A DNA stretch of 64,000 nucleotides from the human T2T-CHM13v2.0 reference genome, Homo sapiens. Under the pieces are notes generated by a model. The model saw only the letters and a program-made list of their open reading frames with translations. It searched no databases and was not told the DNA's origin. Positions 50,216-63,925 of this stretch are shown piece after piece; within the stretch, counting starts at the first letter, position 1, and the number at the start of each line of letters is the position of its first letter. The translations under genes and the position numbers were made by a program. The stretch lies in the NCBI RefSeq assembly GCF_009914755.1, contig NC_060934.1; one strand, written 5' to 3'.

Positions 50216-51899
50216 AATCAGTAGGGGAAAGAGTTGCAGCATTGGAAATATTTCCATGTGCATCTAATTCAATAGGAATAGGACCTTTTTTCTCTTGTGA
50301 AGTAATGTGGATAGATTAATCTGTAATAAAAATGCCCAGTGGCAGCATCCCTGAGAATTCCTTTTTATAGAGTGCCTTTGGCTCTCTCCACCTTGTACAC
50401 TTGAGGTCTTCTTGTCAGCAGATTCTGAGCACCTGGCCTCTGTGAACACCACCTTGGACACCCAGCGGGCCTTTCAATGGCCAGGGGCCAAAGCCTGGGA
50501 TGTGGGTGCTGCAATGTGGAATGAGGATGGGAGCTCTAAAAGAATAAGCCAGGGCTGAGTTGCCTGACCTGGGGATTTTGGATTGTGGGCAGGGCCTGCA
50601 CCACCCTGACTTGGCAGTTCCAGCTCAGGGACAGGCCCTTCCTGAAGAAGATGCTGGAGGAGCAGAGGGAAGAAGGGGAAAGGAGAGCTTCTCTTTAGGT
50701 GTGAGTCTCCCTCAGATGGCATGGCACTTTCTGAGAGTAACTGCCGCACTCTTGAGTCTGGCGTATAGCAAGGAAGAAGCAGCTGGGTGGAGCCAGCTGG
50801 AGTAAAAGATTTAGCAAAACCTCTGGTGGTGAGGGTTTGGCATTTTTAAACCACCATTTATTGAGCAGGCTTTGTGCTAAGTTCTTTAGAGCAAAATCCC
50901 TTTTATGCTCATGATGGTGGTAGAAAGTGAGAGCTATCATTTCCTTTTTATAAATGAGACTCAGGGAAATGAAGGGAATTGCCCCAGGCAGCCAGAGTGG
51001 GGTGCAGACCCAAGCGTGTCTGAGGATGGGATATCCTGCAGACTTTCAGCGTTCGTGACTCTGAAGACATCACTGTGGTGTTGGGGCCTGGACCACTTCT
51101 TCCTGGAAGCATTATGTTCTCTGGCCCCTTCAATTTGAGTTATCTTGTTGCTGATACCTTCAATCATAATCAACTTAATTCCTACCTAGACACATAGGCC
51201 CAGGTGAAGCTGTGTAAAGAGTGGAGCCGTGAGGTGCTCTAGGAAGCGGCAGAAGTGAGGAGGGAACTGGGCTGGTGGCTGGAAGACCCAGGGTGGAATC
51301 TCGACTTTGCCTCTTCCTTGCCTGGTGACCTGGTAGGTCCCCTAACTTTTCCAAATGGGTCTTTTTCTCATTTCTGTAATGTCAACAATCATACCTGTCC
51401 TAAGGCAGGACACCAATGGGGCTTCATCACCTGTGTGGATCCTTTGGATGGTGGCAGCCTCTTGAAGTCTTGCCTTGAGCATTGCGAGTTTGATTCCAGG
51501 CTCAGCTGGAAGGAGTTCTGGCATTGACTAGCTATGTCTGCCGTGGGTGAGGAATGGGAGTCGGGGTCCTTGCACTTTTACTTTTGTGCACCCTGTTCTA
51601 AGGCTTCCTGTGAGGTTTAAATGTGATGATGCATGTGAAAAGTCACACCTGGTTGGTACCAGTAAATTCTCATATTTTTCTCTTGGTTCATTTGAATGCA
51701 ATTCATGATCAAGTTCAACTGCAATTGGAAACTGTTGACCAGGCCGTAGTAGGTGCTCACTAAGTGTTCTTGGAGTGTTGGCAGGATTTGAGGCCAATCC
51801 AGCTCTTTCTGGGCCCATGATGACTCCCGTCAGGGGCCCCTGCCCCCACACAGCTTAACGGAAATATCCAACCTGGCGCACAGAGCCCAAGCACAGAGA

Positions 51900-52350
51900 G
51901 GGAAAAGGCACCAAAACAGCAAAGGTATTAACGTGGTGTATTTACACCCCCAAGTGTCTCGCTGTCATCAGGAGCAGCCCCTTCATGAGATATAAGTAAT
52001 TTGCGCGGCTGATCCCGGTTTTCTCATTAATATGCAAATGAGGCATGCCAGTTGTTAGGTTAGAAGAAAGCTGTCATGTTTATTGTGACAGATTTAATGG
52101 ATGTGTTTGGATTGTGCATTCAATGTGTTTTCAAGAGCATGTCTTATCTTTGTTTAGGCAGTAAATCAAAAATGTAAACAACAATTCATTAGCATCTGTC
52201 AGAAGCTCAAAGCCACATTGTTTCACTTGACAATCTTCCCAGAGGTGGGGAAAAAACCCCCTATATCTGACTTAGTCAAGATTAGTTGGAAATCACACTG
52301 GCTTTTCCATCTTTTTGCTCACCAATGTGCAAGCAGTGACAGAAGAACAA
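51900..52350. promoter_or_regulatory. Candidate developmental enhancer (POU/TALE/HOX/FOX/SOX motif cluster)
   Basis: ATGCAAAT 52032; TGACAG/CTGTCA x5; GTAAATCA 52161; GTAAACA 52174; no recognisable repeat. Confidence 0.5.
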
Positions 52351-52746
52351 CTTCTCTGCTCGGAGAGCTGCAGGGGCCAAGGGGTCAAGAGTGGGGATCA
52401 GACGACGCCACCCAAACTCACCTGGCTGTGCCCACGGAAATTGCAAGCCTCAGAGCATGCCCCGGCAACTGGGGTGGAAAACAAAATCACAGGCACGTTG
52501 CCTCATTTCACCAAACATCTCAAGCAGCCCGCTAAAAGAAAACAATGGAACACAGACAGAAATTTAAAAATAAAAATACAATTAGGGGATATGGACAGAA
52601 TAGCGTGATACGACTAAGGGGAGAAAATAATTCAGATCTGCAAATCTTGTTCTTCTATGTAGTTATTAAATTTGGCCTGCAGACTAGCTCTGAGCTTCCT
52701 GGGAGCCAAAGCAAAAAGCGAAGGCACATTAAGTTATAAAATTCAC

Positions 52747-53047
52747 TTTTTTTTTTTGTTTTTTGAGACGGATTCTCACTCTGTCACCCAGGCTATAGTG
52801 CAGTGGCATGATCTGGGCTCAATGCAATCTCTGCCTCCTGGGTTCAAGTGATTCTCCTGCCTCAGACTCCCAAGTAGCTGGGATTACAGACATGAGCCAC
52901 CACACCCGGCTAATTTTTGTAGTTTTAGCAGAGACGGGGTTTCGCCATGTTGGCCAGGCTGGTCTTGAATCCCTGACCTCAGGTGATCTGCTCACCTTGG
53001 CCTCCTAAAGTGCTAGGATTACAGGCGTGAGCCAACTTGCCCAGCCA
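52747..53047 (-). mobile_element. AluSx-like
   Basis: TSD AAAATTCACTTTTT. Confidence 0.95.
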
Positions 53048-54319
53048 AAATTCACTTTTTAAGTCGTAAAATTAACTCCATCAAATATAAAAAGGGCAGA
53101 TTAGTATACTATTTAAAAGAAACAAATGGTATACTAATTTAGAACCAGTATACTGGATCTGAAAGCTTCATACCAAGTACACTGAATCATGCGGCCCAGA
53201 GCCCACACCCAGTTATGGAATTGCTTAGTCTCCTTTGGGATAAGATGAAGGATCTAATGTCGAAATACAACTCACACTTCACCTTTATTCTTCTTTCTTT
53301 CCTGGCTTCTTCTCCTCAGCATTGATACCTGTCCCTCAACTCTGGCTCCAGATCTTTCTTTTCCTTCCCAGGCAAGCTTCTGGGAAGACTTGTCTGTCCT
53401 CCCTGTCCTGGATTGTGTCTTCACATCCCATCTGATCTTCCTGCCACCATGGCTGGCTCCTGTCCCCACCTACCCTGAAGGCAGCTCTGGGCACCCTCAT
53501 GTTTGCAGGGCCTGGACCTCCCTGCTGATGCTCCCTCTTCTGGCAGAGTTTTCTTTCTCTGACCTCCCGTTCTTGGTTTTCCTGTTCTCTAAGGGCGACT
53601 CTTCATTGCCCAGTCCTCTTCCCGGCCTTTGTGCCTCTTTCCTGGGACTGATTCTTGGTGGTGCCATTTGCACTCCAGCGTTTCCTGAGGGTTCACTGGT
53701 CAGCTCTTTGCTGAAAATCCAGATGGGTCTCTCTGGCTCAGTCCTCTCTTTTGAGTTTCAGCCCTGCATGACTAGGTGTTTCATGGGACCCCCTGAGCTG
53801 GTGTCACCCCCAACTTCAGCACCCAAGTGGGAGCCTGGGGGACCCCAGTCTCCTGTCCTGAGGCCCTGGCCTGTCTCCCATGGCCCTCTTCTGCAGCCCT
53901 TCACACCTCCCTCTGTCTGGGTTCTCACTACTCACCTGGCCTTGGGCAGCACCCAGGCCTGAGACCCCTCTGTTCCTTTTCTACCCTGGAGCTGGAGAGG
54001 TCTTCCCCAGATGCCCTCTGAGCAGGCCTCTTCTTACCCTGGAGCTGTGGCCCCTGTGGCCCTTGGGGGCTTCTGGGTCCTGTGTCCTGCTCTGTGAGCT
54101 CTGCAGCCACTCCTGTTGACTTTGTGCCTTAATGCAAATGATCCCTCTCCTTGGTCACCCGCTGGGGTTTGCACTGTTCTTGTTGACCTTTAGCCTATGC
54201 CTTCCTGGGAACCTCCCCTGGGTGGACTCCACCTGTTCCAGGATTGCAGCTTCATCAACTCTTCTCCCCTTGAGGGAGTGGACCTCCTTCTACATCCTTG
54301 ACCGTGTCTGCTCTAAACC

Positions 54320-54647
54320 AGGGGCCCACTGCCTGCTTTTGTGCAGCCCACGAGCGAAGAGCAGTTTTTATAGATGAGCATTTGGAATCAATATGATGAT
54401 AAAGAACCTTAACTTTGAACCTCAATTAGGCAAAATGCTATCCCTTTCAAAAGAGAGTTGATTCTTCTCAGTAGCAGACCTATGTTACAAGAATAAACCC
54501 ATATTCATCGACAGAAATTTTCTGGAAATGTGTTTTTTCTCTTGTTATACCTGTCCTTACATAATGTCCTCAATTTGCCTCTTGGCTCCTAAAGCCTAAC
54601 ATATTTACTCTCAGGTTCCTTTATAGGACACGACTGCTGACCCCTGG
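54320..54647 (+). mobile_element. MER58-family hAT-Charlie MITE
   Basis: GCCTGCTTTTGTGCAGCCCACGAGC.AAGA ... AAAGCCTAACATATTTACT..CCTTTATAG..TGCTGACCCCTG. Confidence 0.65.
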
Positions 54648-55548
54648 CCTAAATGACATGTAAAGAATGTAAATATGTGCCACTTTACATCTTAAAACTC
54701 TTAGCTGGTGCCGCACATTCTAAGGACAAAATCCAAAGTCCTTAGTCGGGTTTAGGCCCCTGGTCCCCTATTCCAACCTCATCGCTCCTACAATCCGCCA
54801 TTAGGAAACTCTTCCAGGACATCACATTGTCTGGGCTGCAGTGCCAGCGGCTCGTGGGTTTGGTGCAGGCAGTGACTGTGTCTGTTCCATTCCCTGTGGC
54901 CTCCCAGCTACCACGCACAGACAGAAACCACCAAATCTCTGTTGGGTGAATGAATGAATGAAGGCAGGCCTGGTAGCCAAGCAAGCAGGGTTCTGAGGCA
55001 TTGGCCAATCTCTCAGGCACACTGTAGGCCCAGTTTCCTTCCACCTGTGGGTCACTGATTGGTGGCCAGGAGGTCTGAGTGTCAGTTCTCCAGTGGTGGC
55101 TGTTGCGATGACCACTCTCAGAAACAGCCTGAATTGCTTCTGGACTTGAAATACCATGAGCACCTAAAAGGAGAGGACCTAAGTTCCAACAAAAGCCCCT
55201 TGCACATTTTTGTAATTTGCCAAGGACATCCAGATCTACGGGGCCATTTCGTTCTTGTCACGTCCCTCTGGAAGCAGGCAGGACGGGCACATGAAGCCCA
55301 GCTGCAGAAGAGCAAACCAGAGCTCACAGGCTTTCAGCAGCATGCCCAGGGTGACCGGCTTGCCAGATTTGGGACCAGAACCCAGCTTCCTTGACTCTGG
55401 GCCAGCGCTCCTTCAATCCAATAGCCCTGCTGAAAGCCCCTCTTCCTTCTTCATCCCTCCTTATCTGCCTCTGCTATATTTCACCAGGGCTGCCGAACGC
55501 CGTTGGAGAAAAATCATCCCATGAAAACCAGGATTAGAAATGGGGTCA

Positions 55549-56295
<747 letters not shown>

Positions 56296-57135
56296 TCACA
56301 CAGCTTCCCTGAAGTGGCGAGAGAGGGACTTGCCCCCCACTTTCCAGAGAAAGTGGGGTCCACAGGCAGGGACCTCTCCAGCACTCTGACACCTTCCTCT
56401 CTAGCACCTTAACCAGTTTTTAGAGCATTTTCCAAAACTGCGATCCACAGAACACTTAGTCTCCAGCAACAGCTGCTAAGAAAACAGCATCTTTAGCCCG
56501 AGTTTGGATAACCCTGCAGCCCCTCAGCCCCTCCTAGATAGAAATGTGCACATTATCCAGCAAGAGGGAGCTGGATCTCAGTGTGACCTGGGCACACACA
56601 TGGTCCCACCAGGTCCACGTACTTTGCTGTTGGAGTCAAAGTGGAGTAGAGGACTGGAAAGTGCTGGAAAACATTCGGATAGCTGACCACTGTTTCTCTC
56701 TGAATGTGACTGGCCTGAGATGACTTTGGTTCTGAGCACTTCTGCTATCATGAAGCTCATTTGGCTTTGTAACCTGGTGTTGCTTCTACTTGGTTGACAA
56801 CTGAACACCAGTCAGTACCTCACAGGACCTCATAGACCAGCGTGGCAGATGCTGATGCGGAATCACTTCCCTTCCTCCCAGCCACAGCCTCCCCACCCTC
56901 GCTCCTCACCTCTTGGCGTCCCTGCACTTCTGCACAGACTGTTCCTCCCCTCGCTGGCTGCTCCTCCTTCGCACACAGTCATGCTTCCTCCTTGTCAGTG
57001 ACCTTCTGTCCGTCCTGGGTGCCCCCTTTGCCTCCTGCTCACAGGAGAGCTTTTTGAAGGAATGGGCTACTCTTGCCACCTGTACTTCCTACTTTCCCCT
57101 TTTATCTCCAGCCCGCCACATCTGATTTTCACTCC

Positions 57136-57450
57136 TGTCAGTTCAGGCTGCTATAACCAAAATACCAGAGACTGGGAGGCTTAAACAACAGGCATTTGGT
57201 CCTCACAGTTCCAGAGGCCGCAAGTCCAAGATTAAGGTGCTGGTAGATCCCGTGTGTGTGGAAGGCCTGATTTCTGGTTCATGGACAACACCTTCTTCCT
57301 GCGTCCTTGCATGGCGGAGAGCAGGGGAGGAAGCAAGCCCCCTCGTGTTTCTTCCTGGAAGGATGTTCATCCATCCATGAGGGCTCTGCCTTCATCACCG
57401 AGTCACCTCCCCAAAGCCCCCTCTGCTAATACATTCACCTTGGGGTAAGC
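57136..57450 (-). mobile_element. MLT1A-like MaLR LTR
   Basis: GGCTGCTATAAC.AAAATACCAGAGACTGGG.GGCTTAAACAACAG..AAGTCCAAGATTAAGGTGCTGG. Confidence 0.85.
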
Positions 57451-58660
57451 ATTTGTCCTATATCAGGGGTTTTGTGACTGTCTCCCCTGGAGGCAGGGAC
57501 CACACCTCTCCCCTTCATTGCAGGCCTGGCGCATGGTGGACTCCCAGTAAGTGGATGGCTGGGAGCTTGTAGCACCCACCCCTTCCTCTTCTAAACAATC
57601 CCTCCCTCAGCTCTGGCTGTCTAAGGTTTCCGGTTCTCAGTCTGGTGGGCGGAAGTGCAGGTGAGGCAGAGGTTGTCAGGTGGCCTCTGGGGAGCCAGGG
57701 TGGGGTTAGTCACTGGAGGAGGGGCTAGGAACTGGGGCAGACGGGGCAGGTAGAGCGCTCACTGAACAGGCTGCACGGCCGGGACGCAGTCTGCAAGGTT
57801 GCTGCATGTCCTGAGACCCTGAGCAGAGGCTGAATTTGCACGAAATGCCCTAAAGGCAAAGAGGTTCCATGGTGCTGCCTTCTCCCTGACTGCTCTCCGC
57901 TCGAGTCCATCCCTGTCCTCCCTGAGGGATTACAAAGCTATGCCATCTTGCGCCCTGGGCCTGGGGGTGGGCTGAAGGAGAAAAAGGTTAAGACCCTTCA
58001 CTTTCAGCCCTCATCAAGATTTAAACCAAGAGCTAAAAGGGTGCGTGAACCTTCCAGCGCCACTTGAAATCCAGCTCCACATTTAGTGGGAATTAAAGTA
58101 ATTGATGAACTTGTACTGGACACAGGATCACATAAATAAAGAGCTACAAGTTCTAAAAATAGCACTCAGGGCTTTTTAGTTTTTTAAATACGGTAAAGAT
58201 CAACATGCAACACACCCCAAGAGGCTCCATGTCAAGCAATTAGGAAACTGGAGAGAACGGGAAAATGAAAATGTTTATTCAAAAATCAATATATTTATCC
58301 TAAAAGGGGTTAGTGAACCACACGAGTAAAGTCAGGTCCCACCACAGTCCCCAGAGTCGCTCTGGGGCAAGGTAGGCTCCAGGCAGTAAGAGGTTAAGAT
58401 ATGGATTTCAACTCTGAAGTTGAAGGAAGACCCCTGGGTGAGCTTTTCATTGTGTCGACTAAAAATGTTTTAAAAATCAATATAACAGTGTATAAAAGGA
58501 TCTTCTAAAGCTTGAGTTAGTCCCATTCATAGCCAAGTGTGCCGCGGTAAGGAACGGATGAGGAGGATGTTTAATCCGCCCAGCCTTGCAGCTAATGAGG
58601 CGGGAGTATTTGGGTGATTGTTGATGCAGGTGGAAAAACTGTTTCTAAAGAGTACTGATT

Positions 58661-59109
<449 letters not shown>

Positions 59110-59364
59110 CTAGGATAATAACGAAGATTCATTCAACAAACACTTGTCATACTCCTCTTGTAAGTCAGGGGCTGGGCTCTGTGCCACAGGGATGGATATA
59201 CAGCTCGCGAGGCCAATGCTTTGCCGTCTGGAAGCACAGACTCTGATGTAGTGCCTGTCAAACTTTTAAACCAGAAATACGTACTACATTGGGATCCAGT
59301 ATATTCGTGTACTTTTGGAAAAAAATTTATGGAACAATATTCACTTTTACATTGCATGATGCAT

Positions 59365-59696
<332 letters not shown>

Positions 59697-62600
59697 ACAT
59701 TCTGATAGTTTCTATTCTAGCCTATTTTATTGAAAAAAGAAGTGCTGGTTGCAACCCTCAAAATTGATTTCATGACCCACTATGAATGGATAGTGAGGTG
59801 AAGTTAAAAAATTCCTATCTAGAGGGAGGGCAGACATGAAAAGTGATTCAAGAGAAAAGAGAGTGCCTCGTGAGGGAGTCAGGAGAGGGTGGGACCCTTC
59901 TGGCTGGGGGCAGCAAGAAGGGTCCCACGGAGGGGGTGGCATTCAAGCTAGGCCCTGAGTGGCAGAGAGATGCTTGTGATTTAGACAGACTGAGCTGGGA
60001 AGAGTAATGATGTTTGCAATAACATGGAAATTATGTTTTTATTATTCATATAATAAGCAGGGCTACGCTTTTCAAGGGACTTTCCCACCTCTAGGTTTAT
60101 TGGATCATCCTAGCAAACATGTGATCCAGTTAGATTAGGTATTAGCCACATGTTATCAATGGAGGAACTGAGGATCAGAGAAGCAAAGGACTTTGCCCTA
60201 GGACACACAGCTCTTTGGCGTTGGCAGAGCCAGGTGTGAGCTCTGGTCTGCCTGGATCACAGCCCCTGTGTGGCCTCTGAAGCAGGAGGCACCACGCGGA
60301 GTCCCTGCTTCATGTCTGATGCCTGATGCCTGAGAGCAGGGTTTGAGAGCAAGGGGCTGGGGGCACTCATGGGCACAGCTCTTTCTCTCAGCTCCCTCAC
60401 TTGCACAGGTCAGGGAATGAATTGATTTGCCTTTGAGTCACAACCAGACAAACCCTCTTCTGGGTTTCTCCATAGGAACACCTGAAATTGGCAGCCTTCA
60501 GCATCCCACCCAGACTCTTAGACAACTACTCCTCTTCCCTGGAAACTTCCCTTGCTCCCTGTGAACCTAGCCTTGCAGCCTGGAGGCCAGTTAAGCCACG
60601 TCTTGCTGTTCACCACGGACTGGATCTGTTCTCTCCCTACCAGCAGCCTGCTTCCCCAGCCTCATCTATTTGACTTCTTTCTCTCAAGGAACTTACAATT
60701 TAATCAGGAATCCCTAATAGTACATGCATTCTAAATTGCAATCATTTATTGCATCTAGCCTGGGGCTTTCTGTCTGTTAGAAATATCAGGGTTATTTCCT
60801 TCTTTTAAGAGTTTATGTTAAAAAAAAACTTTACAAATAATGTTTGCTGTTTAATGTTCTCCCCTGAAATATCAATCTGCAAAAAATAGAAATCCTTTTT
60901 TACAATTCATTGCAAGGATAGAGTTCCAGTTTCTTATAATGTAATGAATGTACGGCAGATAATGGTCCAATAGTGCAAACGAAAGGCGCATATAATCAAA
61001 ATGATAATGGAGCGTATTGTACTGCTTGTATAATACAATCCATACCAATATGGAAATCATATCTCAAGGCAACATTCCTCTCTTTGATTTTTGTAATAAT
61101 TGTACATGTAAGAGCAGAGCAGCGAGAAGTGGGGGGACAAAGGCCTTTATTGCTTCATTAGGCAGCTGGCGTTCTGATGGTCCGGCCTGTCGACAGTCGT
61201 TCCTTAATTTCCAAGGGAAGCTTCTCCTCTTTCTGCAGACATGATTTACTGTTCACGTCAGCTCCCTTTTCAGCCCTTTCTCTGTGAAGACTCACAATTA
61301 GATAAAATGAGCTTTGAGGGCCCTTTTGATCAGCACCTTCTGCCTGCTTGGCCAGTGATCTGGGTTTGGGTCAGACTGGAGCCAGGCTGCCGGAAGCTTG
61401 GGTGGGAAGGAAGAGAAGGCCTTGGTAGAGGCCTTTGAGAGCCTCGGGCTGCACAGCCTCCTTGGCCGGCTAGGCAAGGGGCATGTGAGGGAGTGGAAGA
61501 GCAACAGGCACAGGCCCTACCTGCACCGCCTTGCATTCTAGAAAGGTCAGCGCACACTCAAGGTGGGAAATGTCCACTCTGAAGTCGGGCCTCAAGTGGA
61601 TCTTGGCTTATGTACCAACTAGAGTATGACCTTGGCCTTGACCTCTCTCAGCAGCAGCAACCAGAGACGTTGGCCAAGGTTGTAAAGTTGGGTGGCAGTG
61701 GTGAGGGGAGAGCCCAACTTCCTAAAGAGGTCAGTGTTTTCTCCCAGGTTCTGGGAATGGAAAGATGCTGGCAGAAAGCAAATCCCACACCAGAGGAGTA
61801 GATTGACAAGTAACCTGGAAGTTACTTTTTGGACTTTTTGGATCAGAGCAAACTTGGATCTTGCTCCTAAATGCTGTGTACCCAGCTACTTCTCCTGGCC
61901 CAGTGGGTCCTGGGGCCATGCCTTCTGGGAGTCTGGATGGGGCGGGGTGAGGTGCGGTAGCCCTGGCCCAGGGCGCCCCATCATTGTAAGGTGGAAGGGA
62001 AACTGCGGATGGTGGTCTGTAAGGGTCAGGGGTCAGGCGCTGAGCAAAGGCGGGGCAGGAATCCGGCGGCCCAGAACTGGAGGTGAGCCCTGGCAGGCCC
62101 AAGGGAGCCTTCGGCTTTTCTTGGGCGCCGGAGTCCGCAGCACAGGCTGGCTGAGGGCTGGTAAGGGAGCCGTGCTGATGGGGCAGAGTCCTGGGCACAG
62201 TCCTTTGTGGGCTTTGTCTTGGAGGCACTGCCACTTCTTGACGCTGGCCTGGGGACGCTGCCAGAGAGACCATGCTGTGTGACCCTCACTGCTGCTGAGG
62301 CCAGAGAGGGAGGTGATGTCCTGGGCTACCCCGGGAAATGGGGCAGAGAGGAAACTCAGCGGAAGCCAGGTCTCCATTTTAAGTTCTTTGGCGAGAAAGC
62401 ATAACGTGCTGATGCCTCCCAGGTGTGTCTGCAGAGCAAACCCTGGGGGCAGCCCCAGCTCTCAGGAGGATGGCCCCGGGGGGCGGTGGGGGGTCCCACC
62501 TCCTCTTCTTGTCTCCACACCAACATCCACTCCAATCCACACATACCCTGTAGGCTCCTGTGGTTAAACTCACGTCCCTGAGGCCCAGACTCCCTGAGCT

Positions 62601-62916
62601 TAAATTGCAGTTCCACCATGTTCGACCTTTGTGGGCTTGGCCAAGGCCCTGGCCCTCTCGAAGCCACAGTGTTCTCTTGTGTACGACGGGGAATAACTGC
62701 AGCGAGGAAGTGGGAAGAGGACTGAGTGAGTTCAGCAGGGAGTGAACACCTGGCCGTATGCACGCTAAGGCCGTAGCCATCCGTCACCAGGTAGGGACAA
62801 CAGGTTCACCTCCTGGGGGCAGGCCTTGACCTGCTCAGGACTCTGAGGTGTGTCTGCACTAACGGGCCTCAGGAAGGGGTCATCTTTCTTTCTCTCTCCA
62901 GGTCACCGCAAGCAGT

Positions 62917-63925
62917 GGGGTAACGTGCACAGGAAGGGGTAACGTGCACAGAAAGGTTACGTCCTGGGCAGTGGGAAGCAGTGGGGTAACGTGCACAGGA
63001 AGGGGTAACGTGCACAGGAAGGGGTAACGTGCACAGGAAGGTGACGTCCCGGGCAGTGGGAAGCAGTGGGGTGACGTGCACAGGAAGGGGTAACGTGCAC
63101 AGGAAGGTGACGTCGCGGGCAGTGGGAAGCAGTGGGGTAACGTGCACAGGAAGGGGTAACGTGCACAGGAAGGTGACGTCGCGGGCAGTGGGAAGCAGTG
63201 GGGTGACGTGCACAGGAAGGGGTAACGTGCACAGGAAGGTGACGTCGCGGGCAGTGGGAAGCAGTGGGGTGACGTGCACAGGAAGGGGTAACGTGCACAG
63301 GAAGGTGACGTCGCGGGCAGTGGGAAGCAGTGGGGTGACGTGCACAGGAAGGGGTAACGTGCACAGGAAGGTGACGTCGCGGGCAGTGGGAAGCAGTGGG
63401 GTGACGTGCACAGGAAGGGGTAACGTGCACAGGAAGGTGACGTCCCGGGCAGTGGGAAGCAGTGGGGTGACGTGCACAGGAAGGGGTAACGTGCACAGGA
63501 AGGTGACGTCGCGGGCAGTGGGAAGCAGTGGGGTGACGTGCACAGGAAGGGGTAACGTGCACAGGAAGGTGACGTCCCGGGCAGTGGGAAGCAGTGGGGT
63601 GACGTGCACAGGAAGGGGTAACGTGCACAGGAAGGTGACGTCGCGGGCAGTGGGAAGCAGTGGGGTAACGTGCACAGGAAGGGGTAACGTGCACAGGAAG
63701 GGGTAACGTGCACAGGAAGGTGTCATCGCGGGCAGTGGGAAGCAGTGGGGTAACGTGCACAGGAAGGTGACGTCGCGGGCAGTGGGAAGCAGTGGGGTAA
63801 CGTGCACAGGAAGGGGTAACGTGCACAGGAAGGGGTAACGTGCACAGGAAGGTGTCATCGCGGGCAGTGGGAAGCAGTGGGGTAACGTGCACAGGAAGGT
63901 GACGTCGCGGGCAGTGGGAAGCAGT
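62917..63925. repeat. Composite minisatellite/VNTR: 31 x 19-bp A and 15 x 28-bp B modules (main period 66 bp = A2B)
   Basis: A=GGGGT(A/G)ACGTGCACAGGAA, B=GGTGACGTC(G/C)CGGGCAGTGGGAAGCAGT; 31x19+15x28=1009 bp, equal to the span. Confidence 0.97.

Noticed and set aside
53390-53962. 190-aa Leu/Pro/Ser-rich ORF
   Set aside because: TTG start, pyrimidine-rich L2-like decayed repeat, no recognisable domain
61692-62787. Overlapping 130-196 aa ORFs
   Set aside because: Expected in GC-rich sequence; both strands open, no recognisable homology or exon structure
62869-63892. Long ORFs (225-329 aa) on both strands of the VNTR
   Set aside because: Arise from a 66-bp period with stop-free frames; periodic peptides, no ATG-supported gene context or recognisable domain
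62917-63925. CRISPR-like repeat/spacer appearance
   Set aside because: The 'spacers' are near-identical modules, there are no cas genes and the DNA is eukaryotic; it is a minisatellite
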